From Phoronis australis (Eukaryota > Animalia > Phoronida), in the NCBI GenBank assembly GCA_002633005.1, contig NMRA01000119.1, forward strand, positions 797,950 to 861,949: DNA of 64,000 bases. Reading direction: 5' to 3'. The notes below the pieces were generated by a model. The model was given only the letters and a program-made list of their open reading frames with translations, searched no databases and was not told where the DNA came from. Shown here piece by piece: positions 39,701 to 51,005 of this stretch (position 1 is its first letter; each line of letters opens with the position of its first letter). Made by a program: the position numbers and the translations under genes.

Positions 39701-42700
39701 CATCGAATGGGCGATGGGGACATTTACACATAGAATAGGATTAATGTATTCACTCGTCTTGAGCAAGCACTTCAAATGTTTCCAAAGTAGGGAAGTCAAA
39801 AAGGACGGGCTGAGTTCTATTCTCACTTCAAGGCTGATGTTCATGGCCCAGAATATCGAGAACATTCGTTTTTTCAATTCGCAGAATATGATTAACCAGG
39901 GAAAATTGACAACATTTGGATAACTTCAAAACATCGTATCTCAAAAATGGCATGTCGGACTTGAATTGAAATGTTCAGATGCTTATATTGCAGGTGTTGC
40001 TGAACAAACACGACAATGACTTCTGCCGATTCGGGCATCCTCAGAGTCTTCACATAATTTCGGAACAACACACGTTCGTATGTTGGCTCACAGCGAAATA
40101 ACTTATCAACACTCATTGGAATACACACAGCGTGTGTTGTTCCGAACTTATGACAGGGGTGAAGAAGCAAGAACCGACAAAAGCCAATGCTGTGTTCAAT
40201 AGCACTCGAATTAGAGAAATTGTACTGGTAACTTACACCTACTGTTATTTATGCACTGTTTTTAAAAGAGTGGTTTTTAATCATAAAAGTAACGGTTTCG
40301 ACAGCACATTTTTCAAAAGTGATCACATTGAAATTTTATGATTGTTTTATAGTTTTCGTCAAGTATAAAACACAAGAAGAATTTGCCCGTGTAAATAATA
40401 AAGGTGATGTTTTAACAGCATTAGTAACAGGACTTCAGTGTCTTCTTAAAACAAAGTGTGAAGCCTGGTTTAGTTGACAGCATCGACACATGTCATTCAT
40501 ATTTTGATTCAAAACACCGGTGCTGTCTTCCAGTTCGAGAATTATGATTTAGGAATGTGTAGAGTTAACTCATCAGATGCTGCTTTGTATTTAATGGTTA
40601 GCATTGAGTTGCTTTTCATCCAGCTCATTAACACATGTCTTCTTTTCTAATTTTAAAGAGAGGTGTTAACTAATGTCACATTACAGTTCACGCACTTACA
40701 ATTACAAATTTCTTGATCCACGATGTCATTTTTGAGTTTCAGAGAATATTCCAGCAGATATTTGTTCTTTTCTCAGTTACATCTGTTCTTCCCATGGTCT
40801 CTAACAATTTCCTCTTTCATTCTTAAATGCCGGTTAAATCTAATCGAAGCACAGCATAAAAAATTAGTCTAATTCTTAAAAAGATTGCGAGATCAAAAAC
40901 ATGTAAGATGAGACGATGTAATCATTTGCTATGAAATCATTTCATACAAGCCACCCAAGACACTGAAAAACACAACAAGAGTGACTACAGTAAGTGAGAG
41001 TGTGGCAAAAATGCTCAATAAAGTAGGTGACAGGTTGCTTCCGCTTAAAAATACCCAGTGTCGGCTTTTTCAACATAAAACATAGCATACCAGGTCAGAG
41101 CAAAAATTTCACGTTGATTTCAAGGCAACAGGAACGTGACATATATTCCATTAGGTCTTTTGTTATTTATATTCTAAAGCACCTTAGGAATTCTTTCATA
41201 TGAATATTTTTGCGTCTTGAATTTTCCAAAAGCTAAGCATTTCTTTACACACACTGGACAGCATTTGTTTTATTTACATTTTACAATGTGGTCCAGCTGC
41301 CTGATTTTAATAAGTTGAATTCTACTAAGAATAACTAGATGACATTGTGAACTGTAACTTTTCTGCAAATACTTTTGAAATTGAAAAAGTCCAGTGCATC
41401 TAGCTTGAATCTGTAGCAACTTCTTTACTTAATTTTAAAGCTGTTTTTGAAATATTTAATCGTTTTAAGGTTCTTAGGTGTGAGATACATTTTATCTGCT
41501 GCAAGCTTAGAAAGTAAAGAGACCTAAGGTTATCATATTGGCTGAAATTTTGTAATTTCATGGGTGTGACGGACGTATGGGACAGACGTACAATTTTGCC
41601 GTACGCCTGTCACGCAGTTTCTGAATAATCCTTGAGATCTAAAATTTTGGTATTGAGTAACAAGTTAAAAGAATCTGAAATTATTTTAATTTTGGATGAA
41701 AACTTTTAACGAAACTAAACTTTTTAGCACTTTTTTGTGACGGACGTACGGCACCATGATAACCAGGAGTTGGCCTTTGACCCCAAGAGGTCAATGATGT
41801 GCCAAAGTTGAAATGTAACACACATTAAAATCGAGCAATTTTTAGGGTCAAGTGAACCCAAATATGGGTCTATTTAGGCAGAAAATTGAAAGTCATATGA
41901 CAGTCAAATATGGGCCCTAAAATTAAAGAGACTGATCTTTCAGATGAGACCAGAAATGTTAGTGTAGTCACAATTTAAATTTTTGCCTCAAGGTTGCCCT
42001 TTTCACGGAATTGCCCATGTATCACTTTTCTAAATTTAGTTCTGACGTAATTTTTGTGCGGAAAGCTGCATAAAGTGTGCGAATCTTTGTCTCAGGATAA
42101 ATATCGTGTTCTGAGATATTGTACCTACTTGTGTTCTGGCGGGGACGACAGCTTCTCGATAGAATATGTAAGAAAGAGATTTTTAAGAGAAGAGATAGAA
42201 AATATTGGGCGACCAAGGAGGACAGGCGCGGCTCCGATCTCCGGGTTTGAGGAAATTCCTTCTCGAACTGTTGCTTTGATGGGCTTGTGAAGTTGTGTTG
42301 TTGCGAGATTCAACGGCAAGTTTCAAGCGACGTGTTTTTTCAGCTGCGAACCAGCGTCTTTAATATTTTGCTCATGCCATGATGTCACACTTTATCAAGC
42401 AAACCTCTCGTCGTATTGTGTTGAAGATCGTTAACAATTATTACGATTTAATTCTTGAAGTCACCAGAGTCATGGGGTAACTTTTATGAGCAAGTGATTG
42501 ATAACTACGTCTCTCTGAGGTTAGAAAATCGCTGACAAGAATAAAGACTATCCTTGCACATTTGATGTATGTTTGCATTTGTATTGTTGGCTTTTAGGTG
42601 ATGACAACTAAATATTTATTGGAAAAATACTGGTTATATTTGTGCGAACGAATTTAAATTCTGAACCATCCGCTGGGCAGCTTATATAAAACGGGGCGAA

Positions 42701-45700
42701 AGAACACAGCACGTAAAAAGACACCGCTTACTGTGCTGGGCAATGCTATGGTGCAAACAAGTATTTTCGTAATCAGACAAACGATGGCCAGCAACCTGAA
42801 ATTTAAATGTTGCTAAATGCTGTGACTGTCAGTTTCTATAGCTTGTGAGCTGTAGTTGCAAGCTCGGCACAACCCGGCGGTACTCAACCACCTTTTCGAC
42901 AGGGGGTGCAGCTGTAAAATCAAACTACCAACCCACTTGAGAGTGGGCTTCAAAAATGGGACACATTCATAGGAATTGCTCTTAAAAAAGCCACCCTTTG
43001 ATAAGATGTGTTCCAGAAACGCCACCATTTTGAAGGGGCTAATTCCATAAAACCTAAAAGTTTCTAAGGCGTTCTTGAACTGCTTAATTTCCAACCCATT
43101 AAGTCTGAAACGGTATCACAAGAAGACTACCATGTTGGCAAGCGTACATCATTTGCCATAAAAGTTTTTAGATTTCATTTAGTAATTAATAATTCTTTAT
43201 GTAGATTTGTGAAGTTGCAAAAAATAACATTGTGTAAAGTTCCAAATTCCCAAAGTGAATTCTTGAGCAGAGACCTATGTCGAAAAAGATACCCTTTCGC
43301 ACGGGAATATTATCAGAAAAGGCACTGGTCGAGAAAAAGTCCCCCTACTGAGCGGCAAGTCTCGTATAAATGCTTGGGAAAACCCTCCCCCGAGCGGATA
43401 GGTGGTCTCACGAGTTCAATACCTTTGATTTGATTTGATTCGATTTGATTTGCGATATGCTTTGATTCGTGTCGTCGATATAAAGTAGCTTAGCTGGCAG
43501 TATACATGTATAGTGAGACCGTAGTCACGGCCTATTTGCGCTACCTGGAAAAAATATTTGGAGTAGGCCAAGTTTGGCGGTAGTTTTGAAGTAGACATTA
43601 CTGGTAAGTTCATTGAATCTTGGTTGATTGCATTTGTGAACGTGTTAAGAATAAGAAATGTCTACTAGTTCGCCTGTAGATTCATTTTGTTCAAGATAGC
43701 AACCCCTATATCAATGTTGCCTTTCAGTGTAGCGACTGAAAATTCTGCTGTGATTCAGGTGAAACAACCCAGATTTTCAAAAAAAAAATCTAGTTAGATA
43801 CTAACATTTTGGAACCACATTTTGGATTCTGCAAGAAATTTGTTTTCAGAATTTTGTACTCACTGACGTCTAGTGCTAACAGGGAAGTGATGGTTTTTGG
43901 CTGAAAACTGTCGAGTTTGCGTTTTGACGCCGTTTTTCGGACCCTCGCCTCCTTTTTCGGTGGAAGTAAATGGGTAAAAAATACACAATACAGTTCCTGT
44001 GGTCTTGCGTAGCAGTTTGGATGTGAAGAGACTCACAATTTTTCATTTTGTTGATAACAGTTTTCGGTAGAGTGGAGGATAGACATCAACTCTAGTGACG
44101 TGTGTACTGCCAGGTAAACTTCGGTGAGAACTGTACAGCGCCTCGTTAGCTGAACGACGTGACTAGACCGGGATTAACCTAGTACATTCAGGTGTTTTAA
44201 AAACGTAGTCTGTCGACGCCAGCCGGTGACTGCATGTGCCACGGAAACAAAACAAGTGCAAGAATTTGGTCTCACTGTTTTAGAATGGTCTTGGCAAGAT
44301 GATCGTTGACCTTAGACAGCACTATCTGAACTGCTCTGATATGGGACTGTGTATCTTTTCCTCGAAGTAAAGAACCAGTCAACTCACAAATCACATCCCT
44401 GTTGTCAAGGAAGGCAGTATTTCAATGCACGGTTTTACTTGAAATGACTATACAAACAGCCCACAATTCACCCAATGCTTATATATAGACAATGAATAGA
44501 TATGAGATAATGATAAAAGCTACATTTCGTCTTGTTTGGCAAGCTAAAAATGAAAATCGAGTGATAGGATTCTATTTCTGTTTCCAACAAGAAAATCTAA
44601 GCCATCGGCGACTCAAGAAAACGCTTTAGAGTTTATAGAGTTTGGCTAAGTCTGAAATAGTGGATTAAAAAATGGCGCATGCGCGCATTATCTCTGATTG
44701 AGTTGTTGGATCATTCGGTAGAAATTCAAGATCGTGTGAGTGTGGTTGTATTGTTTTTGAGCCTCAGAGCGCTCCCAATAAAGACTGAGCATTGCCAGCT
44801 AAACAGTGCAAAAATGCAGCTTTAACTTTTACAAAAAAAACACGTATATCCCGTTAATGAGTTAATATTAGTCTGTCACCGTGGTCTAATGAGTGTGAAA
44901 TTGCGTGCCAATACTCTGTCTCTTATTTTGCGTGTTTTATTTGAGCCATCACTTAAATTTACTGGCTGCGAGAATCTTCTTCGCTTCGAAACACCACGTT
45001 TGTGAAGTAATAATACTTAATTCTTTTTAATGGCATTTTTCCAAGCCATGTCGTCAAGTAATCCCGTCCCGCCGTTCCGTTTCAAAGGTATCCAAATCAA
45101 TTTGGACCCCCCCTCTTTCCACCTCCCCCTATAGCCGCTCCCTCCCTCCTCCCTCCTTCCCTTTCTCCCTCCCTCCCTCCCTCCCTTCCTCTCGCGAAAT
45201 TAATGAACTGAAGTTATTGTAAAACAATGAGACTACGGATAGTCCTCAAATCATCAATCAGGCTTAGTAGGTTTCTTTGTCAGACTGCGAAAAGCTGTGT
45301 AACGTTTGATTGTCTCGGTTGAATAAACTGTTGCAACAGCTGATCAGACTGTAAACACTTATAACCCTGTAGGCCTACGGTTAAATGTCTTTCATCGATT
45401 ACGGCTGATCAAATCATTGCATTAATTAGGTTTACCTGAAGGCAGTGAGGAAGCCGGGCCAGTTATGCTGCGCCATGTTTAACGCTTTGGATCTTTTTTG
45501 TTTTTTGTTGTTTTTCAACACGAGGGGTTATCTTTCCTAATTACACATGACAAGTAGGATGAAGTAGAAAACGTAAAATTGCCACCAGATAAGTTGATAA
45601 TATTTAAAACCTTCAAAAGAAGCCTTGTCTTTTGTAAAAAGCATTCTCCCCTCTATCTTTTGTACAGGGGCTTACATTGTGTAAGTACCGTTATATATGA

Positions 45701-48700
45701 AGTTAGCTTTGAATTTTATGTCATTTTTGCACAATGAACGTCATTGCTTTTTTTTGATCGGGTGTGGCAAAGAATGGGAATGAAAAGTGGACACCAGAAG
45801 CCATGTAGCGAACGAAGCCCGTTGTAATTTACGTATGCTAATGTGTTGCCTCAAAATTAGCGGTAGCAATCACTGTATAAATATTATTCTACTTAAGAAT
45901 ATTAATAAGGGTGGAGTATATTAAAATAAGCTGGTTGACACGCTGGTTTTATGATAATCTAAACTGTTACAAGGTCGACAACTCTCGTTGTGTTGCATAA
46001 GCCCGCAGGAAAACACAAGGGAACACGAGTATCTAACACATGTAGTTCGTACCGTACTTATGTGAGAAGCATTCTATTCCAGGATATCGATCCAAATAAT
46101 GGCAAGGTCACCAAATTAAAACTAATATACACATGTTAATTTGCAAAACATACAAATTGTAGATTTCTGAGTTCCTGAGCTGACATTTGGGTATAGTCTG
46201 CCTTGTGCATTGAATGGGCTATTACAAAGTTGTCAAATATCAGGTTAACTTGGACGTATTTCAATGTTAACTTGCGTTCCGTTGGTCCTAATTAGTAACA
46301 GCGCAACCAGCATTAGCGAAATGTTGTAGATGGTGTGACTGAGCAAACCAACTCAGGAGAGATTATCACAATTTCAGCGAAATGGACAACTCGATGTTTA
46401 CCTGAGGTTGTTCATAAAGAAAGATATCTCTCACATCTAAAGTGACTGAGAGCCAAAAGCCTTCTCAGCATAGTGATGGCGTTTGAGGGCTAAGGATCCA
46501 ACGTGACTGCCTACCAAGAACTCCGTAGAAGCGGGAACTTCGTGGAAACGCTAGAGATATGTCATGAATTACAAGCAGAGGCTCTGCACGTGATCACGCT
46601 AGCTTCCGCTGCGAGATTCTTAGAGCTCACTCCTGGGTTGCATGAAACAGTTCCAGATAGGGACTCGACTATGTTCTTTAAATTTCACCGCATTTGTGGA
46701 CTTGTGAAAACACTGATTGAACATTCTAATGCTCTTTTGTTTTTGTNCAGTGCTGTTCCCTTGGCCCTTATTATTATAATTATGGCCAAGCCAGCTTCAA
46801 GCCTTGTTTGATCGACAACAACCTACAACTAACTACGTCACATAAGGGCCAAGGGGACTGTAATTAAATTTAAAGCACTATTTACCGCAATCTCTGAAAA
46901 CTAGAAATTAAAATTAAAATGACCATGAATCGCAATCTTTGAAAACCGTTGTTTTGCTTCATGTTTTGGTACGAAACCTTTACTTTTTTGCTTTTTGTGC
47001 TGATACAGCGAGTTAGCGTTGGAACGTGATGAAGGAATGGTTCAAATGGAGGTCATCGATTGCTTCAACGGAAGGATCCGTCGCTGCTTTGACATTTTCG
47101 ATTTAAGTCTTGACCTAATTAGAGATGTGTGCTTTCCCCTCAAGACCTCTATGCGGGGGTGAGTTACCCAGAACACGAACCTTGCGAATACTCAAGATGA
47201 CGCAAAAAGTTGCAGGATATCGCTCTGAATTACAACCGAAGCGCGTGATCACACTACCTTCATTCGTCATATCCATGCGTCAACCGAAGTCAACCCCGAT
47301 TGTATTCGGCAAAATTTCACCATTTTGGCTACAATATAGGAGGCAAATGAAATTTTAAGTTATTTATGATAAGTAGCCCTAAAGAAATGCTACGCTAATT
47401 TCAAGTTATATACAGTTCCTAACAACAAACATTTTTTCTCTAACTGTGGGCATTATAATAATATTAGTCTTTGAATGAAATATGGTATGAAATATGACAT
47501 AAAAGATAATTACAATAGCTGACTGTTCATTTTGGCGCTCTCTAGAGTAATGAGAGCGCGATCGACTTCCGCTTGATCCCTACGGCTTGGGGTGACAAAA
47601 ACTAAATTACTACATAGCGGTTCGTTAATGTAAGAACAGAGGAACAACTCCCATTGCCAGTCCCTCCCATTGTTCCGTTTAGTTAAGTTCGCTAATTCAT
47701 TTTGGCTTTTTGACATCGGCTGGCATCGAAATTCTCCCGCTTTATCAGTCAAAATTACTGATTTCGCAGGGCGCGGACTCTTCTTCGCAGCGGGAAATAT
47801 TTTTGAACATAATGTCCTTCATCCATGGATATTTCATAAGGTTTTCCTTTTTCTGTGAGCCATCAGCGCACCCCGGCATTGTGATAACTTTTTATACCAG
47901 TAGGTTGAGACATGCTGTCTCCATTACATAGGTTCTGTAGGTGGCGCTCAATGGATGTTCACCACCAAAGACCTGATCGCCGTCTGGCGGGAAAGTGATT
48001 TTCAATATGGCGAGGCTATTTGAATGATCAGCTATTATTCTAGTCCGAGATTGTATATTATTCCAAGGTAATGTAATTGTTATAGAACGGATCTGAAGTA
48101 TTTGCACTATACACTGCAACCTCTTTGGAGAAGTGAAACACCAGCACGCTCGCGCGTGCCTGTCGTTATGCAGTGATACTCATTTGGATTCCCTTGTAAT
48201 TACTGATCAATGACATAGTTATTAGCAACTGCGTTAAAATATAACCCAATTCATATGCTTGAAAACCACCTAGCTTATAAATTAATATCAGCTCTGGGCA
48301 AACAATGGTGAATGAGCCATTTTGCAAAGCGGAATCTTAGGATGGGTTTGCCTTTTCTAATGGCGTGTTACATCTTGCAAGCGGTCTTTGGACAACTGCC
48401 AATGACTTATCCCGCACTGCGCTTTCTCCAACGCATCTTTCGTGGTGAGAAACGGACTCAGAACTTTTCCAACCATTCTGGTCCCTGATTGATTTGCTGT
48501 TCAGCTGACCAAAGAGCTTCTCATTCAAGTTTTTAGCTTTGGTCAAGAGTTGAAGATTGCATGACAGTAATGCGCAGCCACTTGTTTCCAGGACGTTTTC
48601 TGTCATGAAGTCGAAAGAGCGCATTTGCAAATTAGGTTCTTGACTTAGACTAGTTCCTACAAAGATTAGACTGTTCCAATCATATCTGGCTCATGTTGTA

Positions 48701-50921
48701 AAAATGACGTCAAGTAACAAAACAACTAAGATCGCCTGCCCCAGATTGGTCCCAGCTACACAGCAATTGCCTCTTAATTTTTTAATTCACCGTTAATGTT
48801 CGGGTGATAACACATTGATTCATAGCCTCAGTTTCCGTTTGTAATGCCCTGGTGCGAGTTCGTACATATAGCAAATGCGCAGCGCAGATGTAAACCTTGT
48901 CCTACGTATTGTACACATGCGTGTTTTATGCATTTTCTGTTGAAACGAGGCCACTTCTGTCTGCGCATATGTATGTGGATGTTTAGTCGTGACGTGTTTG
49001 GCATTAGTATGACATAATATGAGCCCTCAAATGGGAACTGGAATACACAGTAGCATTACATTATAGATATTTCTGCAAATATTGGATATTTTATCAATTC
49101 AGTCCTTGAAACTTTTACAAAGTTGTGTTTCAAATTAATCGGTGTGCGCCAACGACGGTTGCACCCATTTCATGCTCCCGGGAAGTTGAGAAGGATCACG
49201 ACTGACCAGATCCACAGCATGGTATTAATTTTGGGTTAGTAGTAATTTAAAGCGCTATGTAAAATCTAACCTGATTATTATTGCTTTTCATTTTTGCCTT
49301 TCGATTGTTGTGACATAATGACGTCTTAGGCCTACCAAGCAATCTCATAAACTCAATGTAACAGAGAACATACAGAGCTAATTAAGTTAAGATGACGTCA
49401 TAAACTTCAAGTTAGTATTAGTAAAGCTTCACTTTGGAGTCATCTCTGAACTATATCCGGGCCCGGTCTCGAAATGGAACTCGAAATTAGCATTGGCATT
49501 TTCTACTCTACTTTTGGGCGAACTCAAGATAAGTGTCTATTATTCTATGCTCAAGTACACAATAGCTTACGTAGATAATTTATTGTCCTTAGTTCACAGT
49601 TTGTAAACCCAATCTTAAAGCAATAAGTTCGAGTTTGAACTCGAAATTTCGAGTCTTTACTCAAGTTTGTAGCACGAATATAAGGGTCTTCAAGGGGAAA
49701 CTTGAACTAGAAACTCCTATGCATAAACTATAATGTATTCGAGCACAGTCTGATAACCAATTATCTTAAGTTCGCACAAAAGGAGCAGAGAAATTGCCAA
49801 AAATAGTTTCGAGTTCGTTTCGAGTACAAAGATTAGAGACCGGGCCCCGATCATGGTGTTATTCTGACAAATAACCATAGCAAAGGTCTGTATTCAAAAC
49901 ATAAATCATTTGGCATTTGAAGATGGCGCTGCACCGTGGCTTTAAGTCTTTTGCAGTCCATGGACCTGACTATTTGAAAATTAAGTTAATTAGAAGCGTT
50001 CTTGTTCACTTTGTAATCATACGCTAAAATTAAGTTTATCCTGATGAATTTCGCTTTGTGTGTATAACACAGGCGTCGTGACAATAACGCGTCTTCCGAT
50101 TGTGTTATCACCTTCAAATGTTTGCGAGTTTGCTTGAGCATGAGAGGTCTTTTGTGTTGTTAGAATGGATGCCGAGATGTAAAAAAGCAGAAAAAAATAT
50201 GTATCAACTTCCACACTTGTTTGCATGTGGTAAACATCACTATCTAATCATTTCATTAAATTGGACATGTTGTGCATGACACTACCAACGTACTCATCTG
50301 GCAAAATTTCAGCAGGAGTTTTCAAACATTCTACCAAGCCATTCGAGGCATAAATAGGTTTAGTTTTATTGCCAGGGTGCGTATTTTAGACAGCAACGAT
50401 GCAGCAGCAGAAAGATCGAGCTCCAAAACGGAACAAATTTTGAGCAAAACTTTAATTAAAGGGAATTGCATGATTGCACACAATCTGCTCTTTTATTGCC
50501 TTGCTCAGCTTTATGGAAGCTCTTTTATTGATTCGTTTGGCTATCCTCGACAATACAACGTTGATGAATTGTCAAGGAGTTTATAAAAATAAAGGACAAA
50601 TTGAAACTACTCAGGGCTCTTCGGTGCAATTAAAAGTCAAACAGTAAATGCTATGTAGCAAATTACCATTTTTAGCGTGAACGGTCAAGTGATAGATTTT
50701 AGAATACCCACCAACTCAACACTTGTTACTTAGATGCACTGCCGTTGCCCCTCACCGTGTATATTCCATATGGTATACAATACATTGAAAACAAATTTGT
50801 ACTTACCAAAAAACGTGTGAAATTCATGTAGCAGTTTCTTTTTCATGAATTCGCTCAGCTCATATTTTGAAGAGAACACTCCTTTTATCGTATTCTTGCA
50901 TTTATCCGAAACGTTGCCCAT
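21600..50921 (-). CDS. cex: Calexcitin / sarcoplasmic calcium-binding protein (EF-hand), 6 coding exons, 212 aa; join(50921-50807,26644-26592,25530-25393,25037-24920,23837-23740,21716-21600)
   Basis: Exons of 115+53+138+118+98+117 = 639 nt join in frame across GT-AG introns. The protein is MGNVSDKCKNTIKGVFSSKYELSEFMKKKLLHEFHTFFDVNKDGQLEWKDFEIAREKVCKMSGW...ADENFDDKVSADEW...IPNWLEKYIEYKFNLFDRTADGHIDIEEF...GIPPAECRRAF...ALGNFITGKLEFN. It has three EF-hand loops, a degenerate fourth and the calexcitin-type C-terminal GN.I.G. Confidence 0.93.
23401..23718. repeat. Long fold-back palindrome (~150-bp arms) in calexcitin intron 5
   Basis: aaataaaacaacaagaatggatcaactgaa...tgacaattgacatttaagat pairs with atcttaaatgtcaattgtc...ttcagttgatccattcttgttgttttattt. 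Confidence 0.92.
23740..23837 (-). CDS. Calexcitin-like gene, exon 5
   Basis: tttcag | (A)DGHIDIEEFEYVLSDFGIPPAECRRAFLIFSE | gtaagt. Confidence 0.93.
24920..25037 (-). CDS. Calexcitin-like gene, exon 4
   Basis: ttctag | LALWTRYHRQRLDVKEEDEKIPNWLEKYIEYKFNLFDRT | gtgagg; ends in phase 1. Confidence 0.93.
25393..25530 (-). CDS. Calexcitin-like gene, exon 3
   Basis: ttttag | KVCKMSGWKQDTPKYKHAQDIFREIWRELQDKADENFDDKVSADEW | gtatgc. Confidence 0.93.
26592..26644 (-). CDS. Calexcitin-like gene, exon 2 (EF-hand 1)
   Basis: tttcag | (D)VNKDGQLEWKDFEIARE | gtaagt. The phase-1 start matches the end of exon 1. Confidence 0.93.
27560..27850. mobile_element. Family C MITE copy (related to 49460-49846), ends eroded
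   Basis: Shares actca-gataagtgtct...tacgtagataa and tcgagcacag...agttcgcacaaaa with the 49.5-kb copy. Confidence 0.6.
29512..29648. mobile_element. MITE with the family B core but different termini (ACCGGGGTAGAG)
   Basis: TIR acccgggtagagatcagtaac / gttacttaactctaccccggt. The interior is the reverse complement of the family B core (ctagtcaaa...aaaatacacggcaat...agtcttg). Confidence 0.75.
30715..30900. mobile_element. Family C MITE partial copy
   Basis: ttttgtgtgaactcaa...ctcgagtacatttatagtt...aatcctacttt matches the reverse complement of about 27730-27835. Confidence 0.5.
32717..33340. mobile_element. Family B element, long (624 bp) form
   Basis: gcctcccgttcagtaacgctaggacct ... aggtcctagcgttactgaacgcacgc, flanked by CA/CA. 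It contains an internal inverted pair, gcaggtatcac / gtgatacctgc. Confidence 0.85.
34937..35088. mobile_element. Family B MITE (152 bp)
   Basis: Same termini as 32717-33340, flanked by CC/CC. Confidence 0.85.
36772..37546 (-). mobile_element. Possible solo LTR
   Basis: TGTT...AACA termini. On the minus strand there is a TAGCGCCCTCTG motif, then TATAAATA (~37460) and AATAAA (~37010). An internal ~65-bp direct repeat spans 37222-37345. No matching TSD was found and the left boundary is uncertain. Confidence 0.35.
39207..39279. mobile_element. Family A MITE
   Basis: CATGGGCGGCGCA...TGCGTCGCCCATG with a 5-bp TSD, TGAAG. Confidence 0.85.
43425..43452. repeat. (TTTGA)n short tandem repeat
   Basis: tttgatttgatttgattcgatttgattt. 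Confidence 0.7.
45107..45192. repeat. Polypyrimidine (C/T) low-complexity tract
   Basis: ccccccc...cctccctcctccctccttccctttctccctccctccctcc. Confidence 0.8.
47600..47913 (-). pseudogene. Degenerate THAP-domain relic (KYPWM type)
   Basis: Minus strand reads MPGCADGSQKKENLMKYPWMKDIMFK, then after a frameshift IFPAAKKSPR. It shares KYPWM with the relic at 55886-56053. Confidence 0.5.
49460..49846. mobile_element. Family C MITE, PIF/Harbinger-like
   Basis: CCG|GGCCCGGTCTC ... GAGACCGGGCC|CCG: a 3-bp TSD and long imperfect inverted arms. Confidence 0.8.
50807..50921 (-). CDS. Calexcitin-like gene, exon 1 (start codon)
   Basis: Strong context gctaccATGG. Encodes MGNVSDKCKNTIKGVFSSKYELSEFMKKKLLHEFHTFF plus one G, then gtaagt. 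LSEF.KKK.LH.F.TFF is the typical calexcitin N-terminal helix. Confidence 0.9.
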
Positions 50922-50992
50922 GGTAGCTGTGTAGCAAATAACCGATTTGTCTGTAGCTCACGATTTAATATAAACACAGCTGACAGTCTCTG

Positions 50993-51005
50993 TTATTATA
51001 TATAT
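50993..51005 (-). promoter_or_regulatory. Candidate TATA box of the calexcitin-like gene
   Basis: Minus-strand ATATATATAATAA about 75-85 nt upstream of the ATG. Supported by position only. Confidence 0.4.

Noticed and set aside
40480-40850. Exon-like minus-strand segments with a gtaagt donor near 40695 inside intron 1
   Set aside because: All frames contain stops and no domain is recognisable. It cannot be supported as a nested gene.
46503-46811. 102-aa ORF with a hydrophobic C-terminus
   Set aside because: It spans the assembly N at 46747, has a non-ATG start and shows no recognisable domain.
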